Source: an uncultured virus (IMG/VR IMGVR_UViG_3300045119_000323) (taxonomy: Duplodnaviria > Heunggongvirae > Uroviricota > Caudoviricetes). From it: 20,000 bases of DNA. Both the position numbers and the translations under genes were made by a program. Location: the IMG/VR virus record IMGVR_UViG_3300045119_000323. One strand, 5' to 3'. The notes below the pieces were generated by a model. That model did not search any database. It was not told the DNA's origin and saw only the letters and a program-made list of their open reading frames with translations. Shown here one piece after another: positions 7,381-14,581 of the stretch; position 1 is the stretch's first letter; every line of letters begins with the position of its first letter.

Positions 7381-8151
7381 ATGTCTGGTTTTTACAATCG
7401 TCGTTTCGCCCGTACCGGTGGCTACAATGTGCAGGGCTACAGCGCCAATGCCGACTACCGCCGCTACAACGACGGCGGCAACTCCGGCCGGCCGGCCGTG
7501 ACCTGCGACTTCACCGACCGCAAGTGGGCCGCCTTCGCCGAGGTCCAGCCGGCCCGCGCCGCGTGGGTCGTCGCCAAGGCAGGCTCGCCCAACTTCGACT
7601 TCCCCGAGAAGATGTACGCAGCCGTCGTGCGTTTCGGCGACCTGACCGAAAATCAAGGCAACGCCATCGACCGCATGATCGCCCGCGACGCCGAGAGGGC
7701 CTCGCAGCGGGCCACAGTTGCCCCGCAGGCGGCCTCGGCGGCCTTCCCCCGTATCGTGGCCGCCTTCGCGGCGGTGGCGGCTGGCGGGGGCCGCAAGCCC
7801 GTCACCATCGGCGACGTCACCCTGTCGATGGCCGGTGCCAACAGCGCCAACCCCGGCTGCGTCTACGTCAAGGTCGGCGGCACCTACTGCGGCAAGATCA
7901 CCCCGCAGGGCATCTTCCGCGCCGGCCGCGACGCCCCGGCCGATCTGGTCGGCAAGCTGGTCGTGATCGAGGCCGACGTGCAGGGCGCGGTGCGCGCCCA
8001 CGCCGAGCGCATCGCCGCCCAGATCGCCGCCGCGCTGGCCGCCGGCCAGCCCATCGACGTGCCGTGCGGCTGCTGCGGCATCCTGCTGACCGACCCGGTG
8101 AGCCGGGCCCGTGGCATCGGCCCGATCTGCGCCGGACGGTGGGGGTTCTGA
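7381..8151 (+). CDS. DUF6011 domain phage protein
   Basis: C-terminal CGCCGILLTDPVSRARGIGPICAGRWG matches the DUF6011 pattern CxxCGrxLtdpxSxxxGiGPxC; strong RBS. Confidence 0.85.
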   Translation: MSGFYNRRFARTGGYNVQGYSANADYRRYNDGGNSGRPAVTCDFTDRKWAAFAEVQPARAAWVVAKAGSPNFDFPEKMYAAVVRFGDLTENQGNAIDRMIARDAERASQRATVAPQAASAAFPRIVAAFAAVAAGGGRKPVTIGDVTLSMAGANSANPGCVYVKVGGTYCGKITPQGIFRAGRDAPADLVGKLVVIEADVQGAVRAHAERIAAQIAAALAAGQPIDVPCGCCGILLTDPVSRARGIGPICAGRWGF

Positions 8152-8390
8152 TGCCCCTCACCCTGTCGTTCACCGACATCGAGGTCCGCGTCCTGCGACG
8201 CGGCCTCAAGCGGCTGACCTACGAGGTCAAGAGCAACATCCGGCGCAACGAGCGCGCCGGGTGGACGCCCGAGCCGGGCAAGCTGGACGTGGCGCGCGAA
8301 ATGCTGGGGACCATCGATTCGCTGCTTGACCGGCTGCCCTTCCCTGACTATCCTGACGATATCGAACCGCCCAAGGAGGCAGAGCAATGA
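8151..8390 (+). CDS. Hypothetical protein, 79 aa (MPLTLSFTDIEVRVLRRGLK...)
   Basis: TGATG coupling upstream and ATGA coupling downstream; 3' part of ORF 7524..8390. Confidence 0.75.
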   Translation: MPLTLSFTDIEVRVLRRGLKRLTYEVKSNIRRNERAGWTPEPGKLDVAREMLGTIDSLLDRLPFPDYPDDIEPPKEAEQ

Positions 8391-10123
8391 TTACTTTCGA
8401 CGTCAATCAGGCCACCATCGAAGTCATCGGGGGCCTGCTCATAGAGCGCCTCGATATTTCGGCCGCCGTGCCGGAGACCATCGATGGCGGCGGTATCCGG
8501 GCCAGCCACGCCAACATTAGCTGGCTGCTCGATCATTACCCCGAAGCGCTGTGGATCGACCGCCACAGCCGCCTGATGGAGGTCCGCGCGGCACGCGAGA
8601 TCGCCGCGCAGGCCCGACCAACGGCCGGCGACTACGAGCGCAACTGGCCGTTCAAGATGCAGCCGCTGCCGTTCCAGATCGACATCTTCGCCGCCGCCCG
8701 GCTGATGACCGAATTCGCGCTTGCCCCGGTCGCCACCGGCACCGGCAAGACCAAGATGACGCTCGACATCATGGCCGACAAGTTCATGCGCGACGAGATC
8801 GACTGCGTCTGCATCATCGCCCCCAACGGCGTCCAGCGGCAGTGGATCAGGCGCGCCATCCCCGATCATATGACGGCCGCCATCCGCGTCCGCGCCGACG
8901 TATGGAAGCCCAACATCAAGAGCCCGCTGCCCAAGGCGGTGACCGAACCCAATTTCGACGGCACCCGCGCGCTGCGCATCGCCGCCTTCAACGTCGAGGC
9001 GTTCTCGGCCGAATCCGGCAAGGCCTTCATGGCCGCACGCGCTTTCATGGCGTCGGGCCGCTGCATGCTGGTGATCGACGAGTCGTCGCGCATCAAGTCG
9101 TTCAAGGCGATCCGCACCAAGACCATCAGCAAGCTCCGCCAGTACTCCAAGGTCCGCTGCAACCTCTCCGGCACGCCCATCACCAAGGGCCTCGAAGACC
9201 TGTTCACGCAGTACGCCATGCTCAACCCGAACATCCTCGGCCTGACCAACTATTACGCCTTCCGCAACCGCTACTGCATCACCGCGCCGATCCCCGGCGC
9301 ACCGAGCGGCGCGGTCAAGATCACCGGCTACCGCAACGTGGCGGAATTCGTCCGCATGATCGCCCCGGTGACCTTCGTCGTGCCGAAGAGCGTGCTGGGC
9401 CTGCCCGAGAAGACCTACGAGCAGCGCGAGGTCGAGATGACCCCCGAGCAGAAGCGGCTCTACAAGGCCCTCGTAAACGACCTTGTGGCCGATCTGCGGG
9501 CCCGCCGGGTGGAGACCCCCGCCAACGCCGCCGTGCGTCTGGTGAGGCTCCAGCAGGCGCTGTGCGGCCATCAGGTCGAGGTCGAGGAAGGGGTCGATCA
9601 GTACGGTGATGACGTCAGAATCCTGAGCAGCGTACCGATCCCCAGCCGACGACTCGAAGTGCTGTACGACACGCTGGTCGAGCACGACGGCCCGGCGGTG
9701 ATCTGGGCGCGCTTCACCAGCGACATCGAGGATATCGCCTCGTTCCTGCGCGAGCAGGATCACAAGGTCGCGACCTACTACGGCAATACCAGCCCGGCCG
9801 ACCGCGACGAGGCGGTACGCGCCTTCAAGGCCGGCGAGATCGACTACTTCGTCGCCAATCCTGACGCCGCCGGCACCGGGCTGGACGGCCTGCAGGTGGC
9901 CCAGCTCGCGGTCTATTACTCCAACAGCTTCCGCGCCGAGTCGCGCTGGCAGTCCGAGGATCGCCTGCACCGCCTCGGCATGGCCGGAAGCTGCCACATC
10001 GTCGATCTGGTTGTGCCGGCCAGCGTCGACACGTTAGTCTTGAAAAATCTGCAGGATAAGTCCAGCATAGCCCGCGCCGTCTTCGAGAACCCCTCGGTTC
10101 TCGAAGACATGGAGGAGGATTGA
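8387..10123 (+). CDS. SNF2-family (SF2) helicase/ATPase
   Basis: Walker A ATGTGKT, motif II VIDESS, motif III SGTP, motif VI QSEDRLHRLG; AAGGAGG RBS. Confidence 0.95.
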   Translation: MITFDVNQATIEVIGGLLIERLDISAAVPETIDGGGIRASHANISWLLDHYPEALWIDRHSRLMEVRAAREIAAQARPTAGDYERNWPFKMQPLPFQIDIFAAARLMTEFALAPVATGTGKTKMTLDIMADKFMRDEIDCVCIIAPNGVQRQWIRRAIPDHMTAAIRVRADVWKPNIKSPLPKAVTEPNFDGTRALRIAAFNVEAFSAESGKAFMAARAFMASGRCMLVIDESSRIKSFKAIRTKTISKLRQYSKVRCNLSGTPITKGLEDLFTQYAMLNPNILGLTNYYAFRNRYCITAPIPGAPSGAVKITGYRNVAEFVRMIAPVTFVVPKSVLGLPEKTYEQREVEMTPEQKRLYKALVNDLVADLRARRVETPANAAVRLVRLQQALCGHQVEVEEGVDQYGDDVRILSSVPIPSRRLEVLYDTLVEHDGPAVIWARFTSDIEDIASFLREQDHKVATYYGNTSPADRDEAVRAFKAGEIDYFVANPDAAGTGLDGLQVAQLAVYYSNSFRAESRWQSEDRLHRLGMAGSCHIVDLVVPASVDTLVLKNLQDKSSIARAVFENPSVLEDMEED

Positions 10124-10344
10124 TGGCCCACACGATCAAGCGAACAAAACGCGAGTTGTCCGTCTATCTCGAACCAATGGGCTTCGTCTACGAGGGACTG
10201 ACCCGCAACATGCACCTGCGCTGGCGACACCAAGAGACTGGCGCGATGCTCGTGACGGTCTCCGACATGGGCAACCGTCGCAATCTCAACAACGTACTTT
10301 GCGACGCCAGAAACGTCATCAGGAGGTCTGATTGTTCAAAATAG
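10123..10344 (+). CDS. HicA-like (dsRBD-fold) small protein, 73 aa
   Basis: Helix-GF-strand-H-strand-HxxxG-strand-helix pattern (LEPMGFVYEGLTRNMHLRWRHQETGAMLVTV); TGATG start; lacks the canonical GSH. Confidence 0.5.
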   Translation: MAHTIKRTKRELSVYLEPMGFVYEGLTRNMHLRWRHQETGAMLVTVSDMGNRRNLNNVLCDARNVIRRSDCSK

Positions 10345-10688
10345 ACTGCTTCGTGGAAGACAAGCATCTCGCGACAGCGCTGCGAGGTCTCAGTGGTCTC
10401 GCCATCGACCTCAAGGTCCTGCCGGTCGTCAACGCCACCGTCAAAAACGGCACGATGGAAGGCCAGCACGGCACCATGATCGAGCGCTTCGTCGCTGAAT
10501 GGAAGAACCGCAAGCTGGGCAAGATCGCCGCTGGCGAAGCCCGCGATCTGGCCAAGGCCGTCGGCCTGTCGCCGACCAGCTACGGACACATCCTGCACAA
10601 CGCAGTGAAGGGTGGTTATGTCACCAAGGTCGGAAAGGCTGGCAGGGGCGGCACCGGATACTTCTACGCGCTGCGGGAGACCAAGTGA
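10332..10688 (+). CDS. Putative DNA-binding protein with a C-terminal winged helix-turn-helix
   Basis: ARDLAKAVGLSPTSYGHILHNAVKGGYVTKVG...YFYAL; TTG start after AGGAGG. Confidence 0.65.
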   Translation: MFKIDCFVEDKHLATALRGLSGLAIDLKVLPVVNATVKNGTMEGQHGTMIERFVAEWKNRKLGKIAAGEARDLAKAVGLSPTSYGHILHNAVKGGYVTKVGKAGRGGTGYFYALRETK

Positions 10689-10945
10689 TGCGTCTCTACA
10701 AGAGCTACGTTTTCAGAAACAAGGACCCGGTGATAGATGAACTGCGGACGATCATTCAGGACGCGACCGGCGACAAACGACTCGAATCCAAGACGCTCAA
10801 GGCCATCGAGGAAGACGGCGGCCCGACTGTCGCCTGCATGCAGGGCTGGTTTCGCGGCAAGACCAAGAGGCCGCAGTCGGCGTCGCTGGAGGCCTGCGGC
10901 CGGGCCGTCGGCTACAAGCGCGGCTGGATACGCATGAAGCTCTAG
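10688..10945 (+). CDS. XRE/Cro-like HTH transcriptional regulator, 85 aa
   Basis: LKAIEEDGGPTVACMQGWFRGKTKRPQSASLEACGRAVGY fits an XRE HTH with the W..G.t..P motif; TGATG start at 10688. Confidence 0.7.
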   Translation: MRLYKSYVFRNKDPVIDELRTIIQDATGDKRLESKTLKAIEEDGGPTVACMQGWFRGKTKRPQSASLEACGRAVGYKRGWIRMKL

Positions 10946-11265
10946 GGCCGATAAAACGGCGGCGGCTCGCAGGGGTCTCCTGTCGGGAGACCCCTGAACC
11001 ACGCCAGCGACCCCCGGTAGTTGAACAGGCACCACACCGGGCCGCCCTGCCGCAGCGCCTCCAAGATCAGGTCGTGCTGGCCGGAGCGCAGCCGGTGGAT
11101 GCCCGGCTTGCCGATTTTAAGCTCGATGATGTGGGTCTCGCCTTTATAAAATCCGAGGACGTCGGGCAGGCCGCGCAGGGTGCGCGTCTCGATTCGCCAC
11201 CAGCGGCCCACAAGGTGACTCGACAGGTGGTTCTCCCACAGGAGTCGTTCGGTGCGGAAACGCAT
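10942..11265 (-). CDS. VRR-NUC / PD-(D/E)xK nuclease (putative junction resolvase), 107 aa
   Basis: RIE...GLPDV...IIELK...LRSGQ...GG motifs; ATG 11265 after AGGGG. Confidence 0.85.
   Translation of the reverse strand: MRFRTERLLWENHLSSHLVGRWWRIETRTLRGLPDVLGFYKGETHIIELKIGKPGIHRLRSGQHDLILEALRQGGPVWCLFNYRGSLAWFRGLPTGDPCEPPPFYRP
10970..10996. terminator. Hairpin CAGGGGTCTCC-tgtcg-GGAGACCCCTG near the convergence of the two operons (possible terminator or processing site)
   Basis: Perfect 11-bp stem about 25 nt past the end of the + operon, inside the 3' end of VRR-NUC; no U-tract. Confidence 0.4.
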
Positions 11266-11278
11266 ATCTGGACCCCTG

Positions 11279-12046
11279 TCAGGGGCGGATGAGACGCTCC
11301 CCGAGAGGCTCAAAATTGACCGCCACGGGTACCTTGCGGTGGCGCTGGGCAAAGGCCAGCAGCAGGTCGAAAGCCACCATGCCGGCGTGAAACAGGCCGT
11401 CCGGACGCCTTACCCGTTTGATACGCCGGCCGCCCGCCGTGCCGGCGGTAAGGTTGCCGTCGCGCATCCGGCCGATGATGAAGTAGCCGACGTCGAGGCC
11501 GTTCTGGCTGGTCAGGCCGTCGATCAGCGCCTTGGGCGCGGGCCGCGCCTCGATGGTCTTGAGGTAGCCCTGCTTGGCCATGGCACGGGCGAAGGCATAA
11601 ATTTCCCGGTCGGTGAGCCGCAGTTGTCCGAAACCGGTGACAGCGCGGAATACGCCGCCAAAACGACTCGCGAGCTGGGCGACCGGCTCCTCGAAGCCCT
11701 TCCAGCGCTGGATCGCCATGGTCGGCCCGATCAGGAACGACTCGCCGCGCCGGACACCCACGCCAATATGCGCCCGGCGATCCTTGAAGTGTGAATTCAA
11801 CAGGAAGAACGTCAGGCCGTCAGGCGAACTGGCGGCCACCAGATGGCGGCCGTCGTGGGCCTTGGTCTTGGGCGAGGCGTCCTCGTGACGCTTGCCCTGC
11901 ACGGCGACACCGGCAGTCATGCCATAGGCCGTGCGGATATGCTTGAGGAATGCCGTGGTGTCGATCAGGCCTTCCTTGCCGGCATTGCGGCGCGATGCTG
12001 CGGCCGGGGCCACCGCCGTGACCCGGTTCAAGCTGAGTGTATTCAT
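11279..12046 (-). CDS. Divergent DUF932 (YafZ-like) family protein
   Basis: Order of motifs IDT...AVQ...RHLV...LLNSH...GVRR...LTDREIYAFA...GRR.KRV follows DUF932, but NSHDG reads NSHFK and CxNG is absent. Confidence 0.5.
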   Translation of the reverse strand: MNTLSLNRVTAVAPAAASRRNAGKEGLIDTTAFLKHIRTAYGMTAGVAVQGKRHEDASPKTKAHDGRHLVAASSPDGLTFFLLNSHFKDRRAHIGVGVRRGESFLIGPTMAIQRWKGFEEPVAQLASRFGGVFRAVTGFGQLRLTDREIYAFARAMAKQGYLKTIEARPAPKALIDGLTSQNGLDVGYFIIGRMRDGNLTAGTAGGRRIKRVRRPDGLFHAGMVAFDLLLAFAQRHRKVPVAVNFEPLGERLIRP

Positions 12047-12052
12047 GTCGAT

Positions 12053-12081
12053 AAAATAACGGGTTAGGCGCGCCGGATCAA
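12053..12081 (-). promoter_or_regulatory. Promoter TTGATC-N17-TATTTT; leaderless start of the DUF932-like gene
   Basis: ATG 12046 lies 6 nt after the -10; no SD. Confidence 0.6.
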
Positions 12082-12084
12082 TCC

Positions 12085-12113
12085 TTGCTTTATTTTGGTC
12101 TCCCGGCTATCCT
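12085..12113 (+). promoter_or_regulatory. Promoter TTGCTT-N17-TATCCT; leaderless start of GGCT2; -10 overlapped by ATCCTGTCGAT
   Basis: ATG 12121 lies 7 nt after the -10; no SD; back-to-back with the leftward promoter. Confidence 0.65.
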
Positions 12114-12120
12114 GTCGATT

Positions 12121-12582
12121 ATGAAAACACATACGCATCTCGTCCTCGTCTACGGCACCTTGATGAAGGATAACCCCAACAACCACGTCATCGTTGGCCG
12201 CAAGGGCAGCGACGCGGTTCTGCTGGGCGAGGCCTACACTCTGCAGAAATTCTTCATGTCGGGCGGCGGCTTCCCGCGCGTGTCGCGCAAGGTCCTGCGT
12301 GACTTCCCGGCCAGCGTCAAGGCCAGCGACTACTGTTCGCAGGTCTCCGGCGAGCTGTGGCGGGTCAACGACGAGTCGTTGACCAACTGCGACCGCCTCG
12401 AAGGCCATCCGACCTTTTACCGCCGCGAGCAGGTCCCGGTCGTGATGAAGACCAGCCGGGCGCGCCATCTGGCGTGGATGTATATCATCACCGAGCCGCC
12501 CGAGGCGCTGCAGTGCCTGCCCAAGAACAAGGCAGGCGTGCTGCGCTGGGAATCGCCATGGAAGGAGTCGCGCGATGCCTGA
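12121..12582 (+). CDS. Gamma-glutamylcyclotransferase, GGACT/YtfP-like, 153 aa
   Basis: VLVYGTLMK, VSGELWRV, CDRLEGHPTFYRR, AWMY motifs; start ATG 12121. Confidence 0.9.
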   Translation: MKTHTHLVLVYGTLMKDNPNNHVIVGRKGSDAVLLGEAYTLQKFFMSGGGFPRVSRKVLRDFPASVKASDYCSQVSGELWRVNDESLTNCDRLEGHPTFYRREQVPVVMKTSRARHLAWMYIITEPPEALQCLPKNKAGVLRWESPWKESRDA

Positions 12583-12754
12583 GCCCCTGTCGGAGACCTT
12601 TTTCCGCAACGCCATCGCCAGCGGCGCTATCGTGCCGCCGCCCGGCGAGGGCCGGCGGTCCACGACGACTCGCGGCCTCGCGGTCGCCGGCTGGTGCCTC
12701 GCCGTGCTGGGCGCATTGGCACTGGCGGTGGCCTACGCGGTCAACTGGCTGTAG
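12575..12754 (+). CDS. Small membrane protein, 59 aa, single C-terminal TM helix (MPEPLSETFFRNAIASG...GLAVAGWCLAVLGALALAVAYAVNWL)
   Basis: Translated by hand; AAGGAG RBS; 8-nt overlap with GGCT2; hydrophobic stretch of about 24 aa. Confidence 0.7.
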   Translation: MPEPLSETFFRNAIASGAIVPPPGEGRRSTTTRGLAVAGWCLAVLGALALAVAYAVNWL

Positions 12755-12784
12755 CCTCTCCCCCCGACTGCACGAGGGAGAGGC
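12754..12784 (+). promoter_or_regulatory. Hairpin GCCTCTCCC...GGGAGAGGC that sequesters the RBS of the next gene (or a weak terminator)
   Basis: 9-bp inverted repeat from the upstream stop codon to just before TTG 12787. Confidence 0.5.
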
Positions 12785-12786
12785 CT

Positions 12787-13098
12787 TTGAAAATCGTCAA
12801 TAGCGCGCTGGTCGACATGACCGGCAATGTCATCAAGTCGGGCGACGTCGACCTGACCGTGGCGATTGTTCTCGTCAACTGCGCCCTGTCACCGACGCCC
12901 GACGGCAAGACACGCTCGAAATCGGAGGTCGCGAGTCGTTACGATCTCGCTTTGCGGCTCAATGCCCTCAAGCTCGGCGAGAGCATCGACATCCCGGTCG
13001 AAATGGTCGCCCAGTTCACCGACGACGTCCTACGGGTCTACACCACCATCATCGCCGGCCAGATGCTGCCCATCCTCGACGGCCAGACCGTCAACTGA
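12787..13098 (+). CDS. Small phage protein, 103 aa (possible tail-fibre chaperone-like)
   Basis: TTG start after GGGAGAGG; pattern L.D..G...LT...VNCAL...RYDLAL.L...IDI...YTTIIAGQ recalled from fibre-adjacent phage proteins; function not established. Confidence 0.65.
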   Translation: MKIVNSALVDMTGNVIKSGDVDLTVAIVLVNCALSPTPDGKTRSKSEVASRYDLALRLNALKLGESIDIPVEMVAQFTDDVLRVYTTIIAGQMLPILDGQTVN

Positions 13099-13290
13099 AG
13101 CGACCGGCACCAGCTCATCACTGAAGTAGAGCGACGACTCGGAATGCTTGGTCAGCAGAAGTCGATCCTCGATCTCGTAGCGCACGAGGTACAGAACGAC
13201 TCCGCTTCGCCCGGTGCTCTGCGATCCGATGACCCGACCGAGCTTGTTGAGCGGCTTGATCCGGACATGCTGGCCCGAAGCGAATTCCAT
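13030..13290 (-). CDS. Small SH3/KOW-like beta-barrel hypothetical protein
   Basis: F..GQHVRI....GRVIG...YLVRY...FSDELVP pattern; GGGAGA RBS; 3' end overlaps the convergent gene by 69 nt. Confidence 0.65.
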   Translation of the reverse strand: MEFASGQHVRIKPLNKLGRVIGSQSTGRSGVVLYLVRYEIEDRLLLTKHSESSLYFSDELVPVASVDGLAVEDGQHLAGDDGGVDP

Positions 13291-13306
13291 CAGTCGTGTC
13301 TCCCTC

Positions 13307-14581
13307 TCATGGCGTTACTTCTTGAATGGTCATGCTGGAACACATGACGAAGCCGAACGTGGTGCCGGAATTGAACGACGTGGTCCCGGCAGCGCCGCCG
13401 CCCGCCCGGACCCTGAAGGTCGTCGCCGCTGTCGAGCCGCTGACCATAATGTACTTGAACTTGATGTTCACCGTTGCGTTAGCGGCAGTCACGGTCGCGG
13501 CGGCAGCGGTCAGGGCACTGGCCGTTGAATCCTTGAACAGCGCCACGCCCATATTGTTGACCGCGCTGTTGCTGCCGATCCACACAACGTCAACGATCAG
13601 CAGCGACGTGGCACTGGTCGGCGTAACCGCCAACGTCATGTACTCGTCACCCTCGGTGATCTGCGGGATGGTGGTGTCGAAGGGAATGAGCGTCGTGCCG
13701 GTCGCGCCTGTGCCGGTGCGGTTGTAGACAGTTTGCAGCAGCTTGCCGCTGCTCCCGCCGCCGCTGATGTTGGCCCGCACCCACGCCGTCGTCGGCACCG
13801 TCGTGTCGTTGCTGCCTGCCGCAATCGCCGTGCTCAACGTCGCCGTCGTGCCGCTGAGCGGCGCAGCGATGTTCACAACAGAGCCACTAATCGTCAGCGG
13901 CTGGTACGACCCGACACCCGTATTGTCGACACCTTCAATAGCAGTGTAAGCCGCATTTGGAACAATGCGAACGCCTTTGGTCGCACCGGCAAACAACCCG
14001 CCAATAATGCTGTCGTTGGTCGTCACCTTCAACGCGCCGTTAACACCGCCACCATTGAACGTCGCCGTCGTGCCGGTGAGCGTGCCAGCGAACGTCGCCG
14101 TATTGGCTTGCACGTCGAGCCAGCGGTTCGACGGCCCGCCGAGCCTCAGACCGAGATCGACGGACGGTATCAGGTAGCCACTGAGATGCTGCAACGTGGC
14201 AACGCCGTTGACGCGCCAGACGTAATTGAAGCCGGTCGGCACGTTGGCGTAGAGATTGCCGTCGCCCGTTCCGCCGCCAATGAAGCCGATGGACCCGGCT
14301 TCGGTGGTGACGCCGTTGAGCGAGATCATGTTGTAGTGGAAGTTGGACGTGTCGCCGGTGAGCTTAAGAGCGGTGTCCGCCCCCGTGTTGAACGTCGCCG
14401 TCGTGCCGGTGAGCGTCCCCGGTCCAGCGAGCGTGCCGCCCGTCAGCGGCAGATAAGGTCCCACGCCCGGCGCGGCGCTCTGCGCCAGCCACGACGAGTA
14501 GGTCGCGTTGTACTGGTAGGCGACGCCGTTCGGGGCGTTGAACACCTGACCGTCGGTTGGCGAGGCGGGGAAGTCGATCAC
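13307..14581 (-). CDS. Tail fibre / receptor-binding protein 2, 424 aa
   Basis: True start GTG 14581 (GTGA overlap, GAGG RBS); IDFPASPTDGQ N-terminus, YLPLTGGTL, LTGTTATF repeats, G/T/S/N-rich, beta-rich C-terminal head. Confidence 0.85.
   Translation of the reverse strand: MIDFPASPTDGQVFNAPNGVAYQYNATYSSWLAQSAAPGVGPYLPLTGGTLAGPGTLTGTTATFNTGADTALKLTGDTSNFHYNMISLNGVTTEAGSIGFIGGGTGDGNLYANVPTGFNYVWRVNGVATLQHLSGYLIPSVDLGLRLGGPSNRWLDVQANTATFAGTLTGTTATFNGGGVNGALKVTTNDSIIGGLFAGATKGVRIVPNAAYTAIEGVDNTGVGSYQPLTISGSVVNIAAPLSGTTATLSTAIAAGSNDTTVPTTAWVRANISGGGSSGKLLQTVYNRTGTGATGTTLIPFDTTIPQITEGDEYMTLAVTPTSATSLLIVDVVWIGSNSAVNNMGVALFKDSTASALTAAAATVTAANATVNIKFKYIMVSGSTAATTFRVRAGGGAAGTTSFNSGTTFGFVMCSSMTIQEVTP

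Noticed and set aside
8348..9997. 549-aa minus-strand ORF
   Set aside because: Antisense shadow of the SNF2 gene caused by high GC3; no motifs or RBS
4851..10123. Intein or intron in polA or SNF2
   Set aside because: Both ORFs are continuous, of normal length, and lack splice or homing endonuclease motifs
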